64,000 nt of DNA from assembly GCA_944388795.1 (NCBI GenBank), contig CALXKD010000003.1, positions 10,090-74,089 on the forward strand, read 5' to 3'. Both the position numbers and the translations under genes were made by a program. This document shows positions 9,509 through 19,655 of this stretch, one piece after another. The stretch is from an uncultured Clostridia bacterium. Its GTDB lineage: Bacteria; Bacillota; Clostridia; TANB77; CAG-508. The notes under the pieces are model-generated. The model saw nothing but the letters and a program-made list of their open reading frames with translations. It did not search any database and was not told the origin of the DNA. Each line of letters opens with the position of its first letter. Within the stretch, counting starts at the first letter, position 1.

Positions 9509-11431
9509 ATGAGAATTACAGATTTACTTAACGAAAAAGCCATCATTCTGCAAGGAAAAGCGAAAACCAAAGCTGAAGCAATTGATCAATTAGTAGAATT
9601 AATGATGGAAAATGGAAACATTAAAGATAAAGAAGCTTACAAAAAGGTAGTTTTAAAAAGAGAGGAAGAAGGAACAACAGGAATTGGAGAGGGAATTGCC
9701 ATTCCACATGGTAAAACAGATGCAGTAACAAAACCAGGTTTAGCTGCAATGGTAATTCCAGAAGGTGTGGATTTTGATTCATTAGATGGAAGTCCAGCAA
9801 AATTGCTATTTTTAATAGCAGCACCAGATACAAAAGATAATGTACATTTAGATGTTTTAAGTAGATTATCTACATTATTGATGGATACAGAATTCAGAAA
9901 AGCTCTATATGATGCTAAATCACCAAAAGAATTCTTAGCATGTATAGATAAAGCAGAGGGTGAAAAATTAGGAGAAGAAAAAACATCAAACGAGCAATAT
10001 GAAATTTTAGCAATTACTAGTTGCCCAACAGGAATTGCACATACGTATATGGCAGCAGAGGCATTAGAACAAATGGGAGAGCAGTTAGGACATAAAGTAA
10101 AAGTAGAAACACATGGGTCATCAGGTGTAAAAAATAAATTTACAAAAGAAGAAATCAAAAATGCAAAGGGAATTATTATTGCATCAGATACAAAAATTGA
10201 TTTATCAAGATTTAATGGTAAAAAGTTAGTAAAGGCAAAAGTGGCAGATGGAATCAATAAGCCTAAAGAGTTAATTGAACATATATTATCACCAAATGTC
10301 AAAACATATCATTCAAATACGAAAAATGTGACAGAAGACAATGATGAAGAAAAAGAAAAGATAGGAACCAAAATATATAAACACTTAATGAATGGTGTTA
10401 CACATATGCTACCATTTGTTGTTGGTGGAGGAATTTTAATAGCAATCGCATTTCTATTAGATGATTATTCAATAGATCCTTCAAATTTTGGTATGAATAC
10501 ACCGATTGCAGCATTTTTTAAAACAATAGGAAATGCAGCATTTAATGTTATGTTATATATACTTGCAGGTTATATTGCTATGAGTATTGCAGATAGGCCA
10601 GGTTTAGCTGTTGGATTTGTTGGAGGAATTTTAGCAGTACAAGGAACAACATTTGAATCATTAACAAATGGAGAAATTACTTTAGTAAGTTCAGGATTTT
10701 TAGGAGCACTAATTGCAGGATTTGCAGGAGGATATATTGTTTTAGGATTAAAGAAATTATGTAGTTATTTACCAGATAGTATAGAGGGAATCAAAACAAT
10801 TCTTTTATACCCTGTATTTGGAATTTTGATTATGGGAACATTTATGTTATTGATAAATCCTTATGTAGCAGCAATTAATACAGGAATTAACAATTATTTA
10901 TCTTCAATGAGTAGTGCAAATAAAATTATATTAGGAGCCATATTAGGAGGAATGATGGCTGTAGATTTGGGAGGACCTATTAATAAAGCAGCATATACCT
11001 TTGGAACAGGAATGTTAGCATCAGGACAATATGAAATCATGGCGGCTGTTATGGCTGGAGGAATGGTTCCACCACTTGCAATTGCATTTTTGGCAACAGC
11101 ATTTCCAAGAAAAATTCCTAAAAAGGATAAACAAGCAGCATATGTAAATTATATTATGGGCTTATCTTTCATATCAGAAGGTGCCATTCCTTTTGCATCA
11201 GCAGATCCACTAAGAACAATTCCAGCATTTGTCATTGGATCGGCTGTTACAGGAGCACTTTCAATGCTATTTAGTTGTACATTAATGGCACCACATGGAG
11301 GAATATTTGTCATAGCAACAATTGGGCATCCAGTAAAATATTTATTAGCAATCATAGTAGGTGCAATTGTTTCTACAGCTATTATGGCAAAATTAAAAAA
11401 GAATTTACCGGAATATGAGAAGGTTAAATAA
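9509..11431 (+). CDS. fruA: PTS fructose transporter subunit IIABC
   Basis: EIIA-2 domain (GIAIPHGK), EIIB (ITSCPTGIAHTYMAAEAL) and a multi-pass EIIC. It lies adjacent to fruK. Confidence 0.9.
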   Translation: MRITDLLNEKAIILQGKAKTKAEAIDQLVELMMENGNIKDKEAYKKVVLKREEEGTTGIGEGIAIPHGKTDAVTKPGLAAMVIPEGVDFDSLDGSPAKLLFLIAAPDTKDNVHLDVLSRLSTLLMDTEFRKALYDAKSPKEFLACIDKAEGEKLGEEKTSNEQYEILAITSCPTGIAHTYMAAEALEQMGEQLGHKVKVETHGSSGVKNKFTKEEIKNAKGIIIASDTKIDLSRFNGKKLVKAKVADGINKPKELIEHILSPNVKTYHSNTKNVTEDNDEEKEKIGTKIYKHLMNGVTHMLPFVVGGGILIAIAFLLDDYSIDPSNFGMNTPIAAFFKTIGNAAFNVMLYILAGYIAMSIADRPGLAVGFVGGILAVQGTTFESLTNGEITLVSSGFLGALIAGFAGGYIVLGLKKLCSYLPDSIEGIKTILLYPVFGILIMGTFMLLINPYVAAINTGINNYLSSMSSANKIILGAILGGMMAVDLGGPINKAAYTFGTGMLASGQYEIMAAVMAGGMVPPLAIAFLATAFPRKIPKKDKQAAYVNYIMGLSFISEGAIPFASADPLRTIPAFVIGSAVTGALSMLFSCTLMAPHGGIFVIATIGHPVKYLLAIIVGAIVSTAIMAKLKKNLPEYEKVK

Positions 11432-11449
11432 GACCAAAAGGAGGAATTT

Positions 11450-11716
11450 ATGGTAAAAGATACAATTATATTAAAAAATGAAACAGGATTACATGCAAGA
11501 CCAGCAAGCGAACTTGCAAAACTTGCAGCTTCATTTAAAAGTACAATAAAATTGAATGTCAATGGTAAAACTGTTGACGCAAAATCAATATTAGGTATCA
11601 TGGCAGCAGGAATCAAATATAATACAGAAATTGAAATAGAATGTGAAGGAGAAGATGAAGAAAAAGCTTTATCAGAAATCGTAAAAGGTTTTGAAAATAA
11701 TTTTGGAGAAGAATAA
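11450..11716 (+). CDS. ptsH: Phosphocarrier protein HPr
   Basis: 88 aa with the His-15 context GLHARPAS and the Ser-46 context KSILGIM. Confidence 0.9.
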   Translation: MVKDTIILKNETGLHARPASELAKLAASFKSTIKLNVNGKTVDAKSILGIMAAGIKYNTEIEIECEGEDEEKALSEIVKGFENNFGEE

Positions 11717-11790
11717 AAATAATAAGATTTTAGTTAAAGGTTTATAGGTTTTTCCATAAAACCTAAATACATATATAAGGAAGGATACAG

Positions 11791-13491
11791 ATGCTAAAAG
11801 GAAAAGGTGTTTCAACTGGTATAGGATTTGGAAATATAGTGGTTTTAAAAAAAGTAGAAAGAAAAATAGAAAAGAAAACAATAGAAAGTGAGCAAGTGGA
11901 ATATGAATTAGAAAGACTTCACGAAGCATTAAAACAAGTTATCAATGAAACCGAAATGCAAATGAAAAATATAAGTGGTACAGAAGCAGATATTATGCAA
12001 GCATATGTAATGATTATGCAAGATCCTTCATTAATTTCAGAAACAGAAAACGCTATTAAGAATTCAAAGTATAGTGCAGAATATGCTGTAGAAGTTGGAT
12101 TTAATAGTGTCATCCAGATTTTTGAAAATATGGACGATGAATATATGGCTTCAAGATCTAGAGATATTTTGGATATAAAAAATAGAGTATTAGGAAAATT
12201 GCTAAAGGAAGAGAATATTGATTTAAGTAAGTTAAAGCCAAATACCATTATTGTAGCAACAGAGCTAACCACTTCTGAAACTGCAAAACTAGATTTTAAA
12301 AATGTAGCAGGAATTATTACAGAACTTGGAGGAGAAAATTCACATACTTCTATTATGGCAAGAACACATGCAATTCCTGCAATTACCAAATTGGAAAAAG
12401 CTACTGAAATATTTAAAAATGGTGACTATGTTGCTATCAATGGTACATCAGGAGAAATCTATGTAAATCCGACTGAAGAAGAAAAACAAAAATTAATAGA
12501 TTTGGAAAAGCAATTAGAAGAAGAAAAAACAGAATTAGAAAAATACAAGAGTCAAGAAAGTGTCACAAAAGATGGAACAAAAGTAAAATTATATGCTAAT
12601 ATCGGACTTCCAGCAGATGCAGAAATTGCATTAAATAATACTGCAGAAGGTGTTGGATTACTAAGAAGTGAGTTTTTATATATGGATAGTGATACAATGC
12701 CATCAGAAGAAGGTCAATTTGAAGCATATAAAAAAGTGGCAGAAATTATGAAAGATAAAGAAGCTATCATAAGAACATTAGATATTGGAGGAGACAAAGA
12801 GTTAAAATATCTAAAATTAGAAAAAGAGGCAAATCCATTTTTGGGATATAGAGCAATTAGATTGTGTTTAGATAATCCAACAATATTTAAAACACAACTA
12901 AGAGCTATCTTAAGAGCAAGTGCATTCGGAAAACTAGCCATCATGTTTCCAATGATATCTTCTATAGAAGAATTAAGGGCTACTAAAGAAGTATTAGAGG
13001 AATGCAAACAAGAATTAGATCATGAAAATATTTTGTATGACAAAAATATTCAAGTAGGAATTATGATTGAAATTCCATCAGCAGCATTAATAGCAGACAA
13101 ATTAGCACAAGAATGTGATTTCTTTAGTATAGGAACAAATGATTTGATTCAATATACAGTTGCAGTTGAAAGAGGAAATGAAAAGATTTCTAAATTATAT
13201 ACAAAATACCATCCAGCAGTTATCAAATTAATCAAAAAAGCAATTGATGGTGCACATTCAGCAAACATCATTTGTGGAATGTGTGGAGAAGCAGCAGGAG
13301 ATCCAACCTTTATACCACTTCTAGTTGGTCTAGGTTTAGACGAATTTTCAATGAACTCAAACAATATATTAAGAGCTAGAAAAACCATCAATAACTTAGA
13401 TAAAGAAACATGTGTAAAACTTAGTGAAGAAATATTACAAATGGCATCTGCAGAAGAAGTAGAAAAAAGATTAAAAGAGTTTATCAATTAA
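11791..13491 (+). CDS. ptsI: Phosphoenolpyruvate-protein phosphotransferase (PTS enzyme I)
   Basis: Active-site His context GGENSHTSIMAR, a PEP-utilising C-terminal TIM-barrel (IGTNDLIQY, CGEAAGDP), 566 aa. Confidence 0.95.
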   Translation: MLKGKGVSTGIGFGNIVVLKKVERKIEKKTIESEQVEYELERLHEALKQVINETEMQMKNISGTEADIMQAYVMIMQDPSLISETENAIKNSKYSAEYAVEVGFNSVIQIFENMDDEYMASRSRDILDIKNRVLGKLLKEENIDLSKLKPNTIIVATELTTSETAKLDFKNVAGIITELGGENSHTSIMARTHAIPAITKLEKATEIFKNGDYVAINGTSGEIYVNPTEEEKQKLIDLEKQLEEEKTELEKYKSQESVTKDGTKVKLYANIGLPADAEIALNNTAEGVGLLRSEFLYMDSDTMPSEEGQFEAYKKVAEIMKDKEAIIRTLDIGGDKELKYLKLEKEANPFLGYRAIRLCLDNPTIFKTQLRAILRASAFGKLAIMFPMISSIEELRATKEVLEECKQELDHENILYDKNIQVGIMIEIPSAALIADKLAQECDFFSIGTNDLIQYTVAVERGNEKISKLYTKYHPAVIKLIKKAIDGAHSANIICGMCGEAAGDPTFIPLLVGLGLDEFSMNSNNILRARKTINNLDKETCVKLSEEILQMASAEEVEKRLKEFIN

Positions 13492-13520
13492 AATAGCAAG
13501 AAAAATCTTGCTATTTTTTC
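13492..13520 (+). terminator. Rho-independent terminator
   Basis: AATAGCAAG / CTTGCTATT stem followed by a T-run. Confidence 0.7.
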
Positions 13521-13560
13521 CATTGTATAATACAATTTACAAGAGAAAATATTTCAATTT

Positions 13561-13626
13561 GACATAAAAATGTCCCAAAAGGAAACGTCCCCAATTGGAC
13601 AAACAATTGGACAAATAATTTGGACA
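13561..13626. repeat. Cluster of GTCC/GGACA half-sites, including three ATTGGACA direct repeats
   Basis: GACAT-AAAA-ATGTCC (13561-13575), CGTCCCCAATTGGACA (13585-13601), and TTGGACA at 13595, 13607 and 13620, ending at the addB SD. Nearly the same 15-mer (TGTCCCAATTGGACA) recurs at 54077-54091. Confidence 0.4.
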
Positions 13627-13640
13627 TAAAGGAGAAAAAT

Positions 13641-16600
13641 ATGGGCTTAAGAATCATTTATGGAAAAACAGGAACAGGAAAAAGTAGTTTTTGTTTTTCA
13701 GAAATAGCAAAATTAATAGAAAAAGAAGAAAATATATATTATATTACCCCAGAACAGTTTTCGTTTACAGCAGAAAAAAATTTAATGGGATTTCTAAAAG
13801 AAAAGGCAGTTATAAATGCAGAGGTTATTACCTTTAGTAGAATGGCAAATAGAGCATTAAATGAAATTGGTGGAAGTAATAAAACGAATTTATCCAAATG
13901 TGGGAAAGCAATGCTAATTTATTCCATATTATCTAAGTATCAGAAGAATTTTCAATTTTTAGGGAAAAGTGATGAAAATATAGAAATTGGAATCCAAAGT
14001 ATTACAGAGCTTAAAAAGCATGGGATTACATTAGAAGCATTAGATAATGAAATAAACCATATGGAAGATAAATATTTAAAAACAAAGCTAGAAGATATAC
14101 GTCTTATTTATCAAAGTTTTGAAGAGCAAATATCACAAAACTATATAGAGGAAACAGATTTATTGGATTTTTTAGCAAAAAATATAGAAAATCTAGAATG
14201 GATAAAAAATAGCATTATTTATATAGATGAATTTTCTGGTTTTACAGCACAAGAATATGCCGTAATAAAGCAATTTATTAAGTATGCAAAACAAGTAAAT
14301 ATAACAATGTGTATGGATAATTTAGAGATAGAAACAAATCCAGATACAGATATTTTTTATTCTAATAAACAAACCTTAAAAAAGATAAAGAGAATGATAG
14401 AAGAGAATCATTTTGAAATTGAAGAAACAGTTTGTCTAGAAGAGCAATATAGATTAAAAACAGAAGAATTAAAACATTTAAGTCAAAATATATATGCAAT
14501 TAAATCCACAAAATATGCAAAAAATGTGGAAAACTTACATATATTCTTAGCAAAAAATAGATATTCAGAAATTGAAAATGTTGCTAAAGAGATTAATCGA
14601 ATGGTAAGAGAAAAAAAATTACGATATAAAGAAATAGCTGTTATTACCCAAAATATAGATATCTATTCATCATTAGTAAGAAGTATTTTTTCGAAATATC
14701 ATATACCTGTCTTTATTGATGAAAAGAGAGATTTAAATCAAAATATGATTGTACAATATGTGCTTTCTATATTCGATATTTTTACAACAAATTATTCTAA
14801 TGAAGCGATGTTTAATTATATAAAATTAGGATTTTTAGATATAGAGGATGATGAGATATTTAAACTAGAAAATTATTGTACAAAATGGGGAATCAAACGA
14901 AATAAATGGAAAGAAGATTTTCAATATGAAATGGAGGATGAAAATAAAAAGCAAGAGGTAGAAAGATTAAATGATATTAGAAAAGAAGTCATAAAACCAT
15001 TAATAGAGTTAAAGAAAAATATAGACAAAGAAAAAACAGCAATCAATATGACAAAACAATTCTATATTTTTTTACAAAATCAAAATATAGAAGAAAAGAT
15101 ATCCAAAAAAGTAAAATGGCTAGAAGAAAATGGGTATGTTGATTTAGCAAATGAATATGTAGAAAGTTATAATATTATTTTAGAAGTCTTAGATGAGATT
15201 GTATTAGTATTTAATGAAGAACATATGAATATGGATACATATAGTAAAATCTTAAAAATAGGACTAAAAAATAGTGAATTAGGAAAAATACCAGCAACGC
15301 AAGACCAAGTGATATTGGGAGATGTTGATAGAACAAGAAGTCATAAAGTAGATGTCATATTTGTTATAGGATTAAATGATGGAATTTTTCCAAGTGTTAA
15401 TAAAGATGAAGGCTTTTTAAATGATGCAGATAGAGAAAGACTAAAAAGTGATGGATTAGAATTAGCAAATGGCACAATGGAAAATCTTTATGAAGAGAAT
15501 TTTAATATTTATAAAGTGTTTACAACAGCAGAACGAGAGATCTATCTATCTTATGCTTCTTCTGATGAAGAAGGAAGAGCCTTAAGACCGTCAATTTTAG
15601 TTAATAAAATAAAAAAAATCTTTCCTAGTTTAGAAGAAGAAAGTGATGTTATTCACAAAAAATATGAGATAGTGAATCAAGAGGTTACATATGAAGAATT
15701 ATTAGAAAAAATATATCACTTGAAAAATAAAGAAGAGATAGAAAAACTATGGTATGCAGTATATGATTGGTATAAACAAAATCCAAAATGGAATATGAGA
15801 TTAGAACAAGATATGGAAGGAATAACATATACGAATATTCCTAAGAAAATCAAAAGAGAGAATATAGATAAACTATACGGAAATACTTTAAATACAAGTG
15901 TATCTAGATTAGAACAGTATAGAAGATGTCCATTTTCCTATTATTTACAATATGGTTTAAAAGTAAAACCAAAAGAAGAACTAAAAATTCAAAGTTTTAA
16001 TACAGGCTCTTTTATGCATGAAACCATTGATGAATTTTTTAAGTATGTACATGAAAATGGTTTGAATTTAGCAGAATTAGAAGAAGTGGATATTCAAAAG
16101 ATTGTTTCTAAAATCATTGATGAGGATTTAGAATTATCAAAAAATTATATTTTTAAAGCAACGGTAAAATACCGTATTCTAGTAAGAAGATTAAAAAAAA
16201 TCGTGAGCAAAGCTTTAAAATATATTATCCAAACATTAATTTATAGTGATTTTACGATTCAAGGAACAGAAGTAGAATTTGACAAAAAAGGAGAATACAA
16301 ACCAATTCGATTAGAACTAGAAGATGGAAAAAGAATTGAAATTACAGGTAAGATTGATAGGATTGATATTGCAAAAGAAAAGGATGGAAATTATTTAAGA
16401 ATTATTGACTATAAATCTTCAAGCAAAAATATTGATTTAAATGAAGTGTATGCAGGTTTGCAAATACAATTATTAACTTATGCAGATGCTGTATGTAAAG
16501 AAGAGGATTTGATTCCAGCAGGAATATTCTATTTTTCGTTATTAGAGCAAATGATAAAAGCAGATAAAAAAATATCAGATGAAGAAATAGAAGAATTGAT

Positions 16601-17003
16601 TAGAAAAAATTTCAAGATGAAAGGATTAATTGTTGCTGATGTAAAAATCATTAAAATGAATGATCATTCTTTGACAACAGGAACCTCTAAAATGGTTCCA
16701 GCAGCGATTAGTAAATCGGGAGAAGTGATTGAAAAATGGACAAATGGTGTAAAACAAGAAGAGTTTGAAATTCTACAAAAATATATTTATAAAACCATAC
16801 AAGATATCGGAGCAGAAATTTTTGATGGAAAGATAGATATAAAACCATATTATAAAGAAGGAAAAACACCATGTGAATATTGTGAATATAAATCAATATG
16901 CACATTTGATCCAAGAAGAAAAGAAAATACATATCAATATATTCACAAATTACCAAAAGATGATATAATAATAAAAATGAAAAAAGAAATTCATAAATCA
17001 TAA
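13641..17003 (+). CDS. addB: Helicase-exonuclease AddAB, subunit B
   Basis: N-terminal Walker A GKTGTGKS. C-terminal RecB-type nuclease region with four Cys placed for the AddB Fe-S cluster (RRCPFSYY ... CEYCEYKSIC). ATG 13641 follows SD AAGGAG and is preferred over the track TTG at 13620. Confidence 0.9.
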   Translation: MGLRIIYGKTGTGKSSFCFSEIAKLIEKEENIYYITPEQFSFTAEKNLMGFLKEKAVINAEVITFSRMANRALNEIGGSNKTNLSKCGKAMLIYSILSKYQKNFQFLGKSDENIEIGIQSITELKKHGITLEALDNEINHMEDKYLKTKLEDIRLIYQSFEEQISQNYIEETDLLDFLAKNIENLEWIKNSIIYIDEFSGFTAQEYAVIKQFIKYAKQVNITMCMDNLEIETNPDTDIFYSNKQTLKKIKRMIEENHFEIEETVCLEEQYRLKTEELKHLSQNIYAIKSTKYAKNVENLHIFLAKNRYSEIENVAKEINRMVREKKLRYKEIAVITQNIDIYSSLVRSIFSKYHIPVFIDEKRDLNQNMIVQYVLSIFDIFTTNYSNEAMFNYIKLGFLDIEDDEIFKLENYCTKWGIKRNKWKEDFQYEMEDENKKQEVERLNDIRKEVIKPLIELKKNIDKEKTAINMTKQFYIFLQNQNIEEKISKKVKWLEENGYVDLANEYVESYNIILEVLDEIVLVFNEEHMNMDTYSKILKIGLKNSELGKIPATQDQVILGDVDRTRSHKVDVIFVIGLNDGIFPSVNKDEGFLNDADRERLKSDGLELANGTMENLYEENFNIYKVFTTAEREIYLSYASSDEEGRALRPSILVNKIKKIFPSLEEESDVIHKKYEIVNQEVTYEELLEKIYHLKNKEEIEKLWYAVYDWYKQNPKWNMRLEQDMEGITYTNIPKKIKRENIDKLYGNTLNTSVSRLEQYRRCPFSYYLQYGLKVKPKEELKIQSFNTGSFMHETIDEFFKYVHENGLNLAELEEVDIQKIVSKIIDEDLELSKNYIFKATVKYRILVRRLKKIVSKALKYIIQTLIYSDFTIQGTEVEFDKKGEYKPIRLELEDGKRIEITGKIDRIDIAKEKDGNYLRIIDYKSSSKNIDLNEVYAGLQIQLLTYADAVCKEEDLIPAGIFYFSLLEQMIKADKKISDEEIEELIRKNFKMKGLIVADVKIIKMNDHSLTTGTSKMVPAAISKSGEVIEKWTNGVKQEEFEILQKYIYKTIQDIGAEIFDGKIDIKPYYKEGKTPCEYCEYKSICTFDPRRKENTYQYIHKLPKDDIIIKMKKEIHKS

Positions 17004-17025
17004 ACAGAAGAGGAAATGAAATATT

Positions 17026-18312
17026 ATGGTAGAAAAAGAAAAAATACAAATGAGAAAACGAAATATGAAATTATTTCCTATATATAAAACACTTAGCTGG
17101 GATTATATATTTTTTTATACAACCAATTTCTTATTTTTAACACAATGTAAACATATTCATCCAGCAGATGTTGTATTAATAGACTCTTTTTATGCTTTAT
17201 TTGGAATCATTATGCAGGTTCCAGCAACATTTGTCATAGAATATTTGGGAAGAAAAAGAAGCATGATTTTTGCCAATTTTTTAAATTGCATTTATATGTT
17301 AGTGGTTATGTTTAGTACCAATTTATTTAATTTGATTACTGCGGAGTTATTGTCATCACTGGCCTTTGGAATTAAAGAATCAGTGGATCCAGCATTATTA
17401 AATGAATCTATACCACATTCAAGATATAAAAGTAAAATTTTTGCAAAAATTAGTCAAAAGGGAATGGCAAACTATTATATGATTAATGCGATAGCAACTA
17501 TATTGGCAGGATTTTTCTATGATATTAATCCATATATACCAATTACATTATCTTTTATCATAACTACATTGGTAACAATTATATCTACAGGATTCATAGA
17601 ACCACAAACTGAAAATAAAAAACACAAAGTTCAAGAATTTAATCAACTAAAGGAATTAAAGGATTCTTTTAAGTTTATTCTAAAATCAGAAAGATTAAAA
17701 GCATTAATCCTATTTTCAGCAATATCAGGCGGAGTGATAAGCCTTATGGCAACATATGAAGTTAGTTTACTAGAAGATTTTGATATGCCAGCAAAATATT
17801 TATGCATTATTTTTGCTATATTGGGAATGATTTCAGGGATATTAGCTAAAAAGCAAGAGGCTTTTCATGAGAAGTTTAGAAATAAATCTTTATGTGCTTT
17901 ATTAGCAATCATAGGAGGAACGATTTTAATAGCAGGATTATGTGGAACCATAGCGAAACAATATAGTGTGTTTATTCTATTCATAGTTGTTACATATATG
18001 ATTCGATATTCTTGCCAAGGAATATATTATCCACTAACAGAAAGATATTTAAGAAATTTCTCAAATGAAAAGATTGATACAAAAATATTTACAGCAAAAA
18101 ATTTCTTAAAAAGTATATTAAGTGCTGTTATTGGTATTATTGGTTCATTTTTATTAGACAGAATGAATATTTCTTATTGTATGCTTATTATAGGTGCTTC
18201 AACAATTATATTGACTATACTTTTGAGTCAATATATGAAAACAAGGGTAGGACTAAAACCACAGGAATATTCTAAAGAAGAGATAAAATATGATGAATTG
18301 AAAAACAAATGA
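17026..18312 (+). CDS. MFS-type transporter (tandem paralogue 1)
   Basis: About 12 hydrophobic segments. It is clearly paralogous to the next gene along its whole length, including the tail KTRVGLKPQEYSKEEIKYDEL. Confidence 0.75.
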   Translation: MVEKEKIQMRKRNMKLFPIYKTLSWDYIFFYTTNFLFLTQCKHIHPADVVLIDSFYALFGIIMQVPATFVIEYLGRKRSMIFANFLNCIYMLVVMFSTNLFNLITAELLSSLAFGIKESVDPALLNESIPHSRYKSKIFAKISQKGMANYYMINAIATILAGFFYDINPYIPITLSFIITTLVTIISTGFIEPQTENKKHKVQEFNQLKELKDSFKFILKSERLKALILFSAISGGVISLMATYEVSLLEDFDMPAKYLCIIFAILGMISGILAKKQEAFHEKFRNKSLCALLAIIGGTILIAGLCGTIAKQYSVFILFIVVTYMIRYSCQGIYYPLTERYLRNFSNEKIDTKIFTAKNFLKSILSAVIGIIGSFLLDRMNISYCMLIIGASTIILTILLSQYMKTRVGLKPQEYSKEEIKYDELKNK

Positions 18313-18328
18313 AAAAAGGAGGAAGTAT

Positions 18329-19630
18329 ATGGGGAATAAAGAAGATGTACGAATGATGAGAAAGACAAACATGAGGATATTTCCAACATATAAAAAATTG
18401 GCATGGGATTATTTATTTTTTTATACGATTGACTTTTTATTTCTGACACAGATAAAAGGAATTAGTGCAGCAGATGTCATGTTAAAAAGTACATTTTATG
18501 CGTTTTTTAGTATTGTATTACAACTTCCTGCAAATGTTATTGTAGAATTTTTAGGAAGAAAAAATAGTGTCATATTAGGAAATATTCTAAGCTGTCTGTA
18601 TATGGTAATTATTATGATGAGTGGAAGTTTATTTGATTTAATTATTGCAGAATTTTTCAGTGCCATGTCTTTTTCAATTAAAAATGTTGCAGAACCGAGT
18701 CTATTAAATGAATCTATTCCACCATCAAGATATAAAAGTCAAATATATTCAAAAATTAGTGCTAAAGGAGCATCAGGATATTATTTATTTAATACAATTT
18801 CAAAAGTGATTGCAGGTGCTTTATTTACAATTAATGGATATTTACCAGTTATATTATCTTTAGCTATATTAATTATTGTTACAATATTATCCATAGGATT
18901 TATAGAACCAATCAAGAAAAAGAAAAAGGGTAATGCTGTATTAATGTATAAAGTCGAAATGAGAAATGTAAAAGAAGGATTTACTTTTGTATTAAAATCA
19001 GAAAGATTAAAAGCTTTAATACTATGTGCATCACTAATATATGCACTATTATCGATATTACAAACATATCATGTAAGCTTACAAGAAGATATAGGCTTAT
19101 CCTCTTTTATCATAGGAATTATTGCAGCCATAGGTGGTTTGGCAAGTGCTTATGCTTCTAAAACACAAGCACAATTCCATAATAAATTCAGAAATCAATC
19201 GTTATTTACAATTTGTATGATACTATCAATCAGTACAATTATTGCTGGTGTATTTGGTATAAGGGCAGAACAATATATATTTTTATTATTACTTGTTATA
19301 CTATCATTCTTTATATATAATTTTGGTATGGGAATGTTTCATACTATTATTGATAAATATCTTAGAAATTTTTCTAATGAAAAAATTGATACAAAAATAT
19401 TTGCAGCATATAATTTATTTAGAAGTGTCTTTAGAATGTTAGCAGGATTATTGGCATCCTTCTTGTTAGACAAAATGGCAACTGTATATTGTATGATTGT
19501 CATTGGTGTTTTATTTACAATTATATATATTTTATTAGGAAAATACATGAAAACAAGAGTAGGATTAAAACCAGAAGAATATTCTAATGAGGAAAGAAAA
19601 TATGATGAATTAAATCAAGTAAAGGAATAA
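18329..19630 (+). CDS. MFS-type transporter (tandem paralogue 2)
   Basis: Strong SD AAGGAGGAAG. Colinear similarity to 17026-18312 (N-terminus MRIFPTYKKLAWDYLFFYT, tail KTRVGLKPEEYSNEERKYDEL). Confidence 0.75.
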   Translation: MGNKEDVRMMRKTNMRIFPTYKKLAWDYLFFYTIDFLFLTQIKGISAADVMLKSTFYAFFSIVLQLPANVIVEFLGRKNSVILGNILSCLYMVIIMMSGSLFDLIIAEFFSAMSFSIKNVAEPSLLNESIPPSRYKSQIYSKISAKGASGYYLFNTISKVIAGALFTINGYLPVILSLAILIIVTILSIGFIEPIKKKKKGNAVLMYKVEMRNVKEGFTFVLKSERLKALILCASLIYALLSILQTYHVSLQEDIGLSSFIIGIIAAIGGLASAYASKTQAQFHNKFRNQSLFTICMILSISTIIAGVFGIRAEQYIFLLLLVILSFFIYNFGMGMFHTIIDKYLRNFSNEKIDTKIFAAYNLFRSVFRMLAGLLASFLLDKMATVYCMIVIGVLFTIIYILLGKYMKTRVGLKPEEYSNEERKYDELNQVKE

Positions 19631-19655
19631 ATAAAAATATCTTAGAGGTGATGAT

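Noticed and set aside
11745-11765. An 8-bp hairpin (TAGGTTTT / AAAACCTA) between ptsH and ptsI, considered as a possible attenuator.
   Set aside because: It has no U-tract and a short AT-rich stem. It is plausible as a processing or stability element, but the sequence alone cannot support a call.
8595-12389. Long antisense ORFs inside fruK, fruA, ptsH and ptsI (8595-8999, 9637-10302, 11149-11616, 11672-11929, 11919-12389).
   Set aside because: They lie opposite confidently identified genes. They have no SD, and their translations are low-complexity and Ser/Phe/Ile-rich, as is typical of shadow frames in AT-rich DNA.
8492-13491. The fruK-fruA block lacks the usual upstream DeoR-type fruR and is followed directly by ptsH-ptsI, which I considered as a possible anomaly.
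   Set aside because: All four genes look intact and ordinary. The regulator may simply be encoded elsewhere. Gene-order variation of PTS loci is common, so I do not flag it as a finding.
13620-13640. Track-predicted upstream starts (TTG/GTG/ATG extensions) for addB (13620), fruK (8530), the response regulator (1844), adhE (49340), the SDR gene (31721), leuS (26954) and others.
   Set aside because: In each case a downstream ATG has a properly spaced Shine-Dalgarno sequence and yields the N-terminus typical of the family. The upstream extensions overlap neighbouring genes or hairpins.
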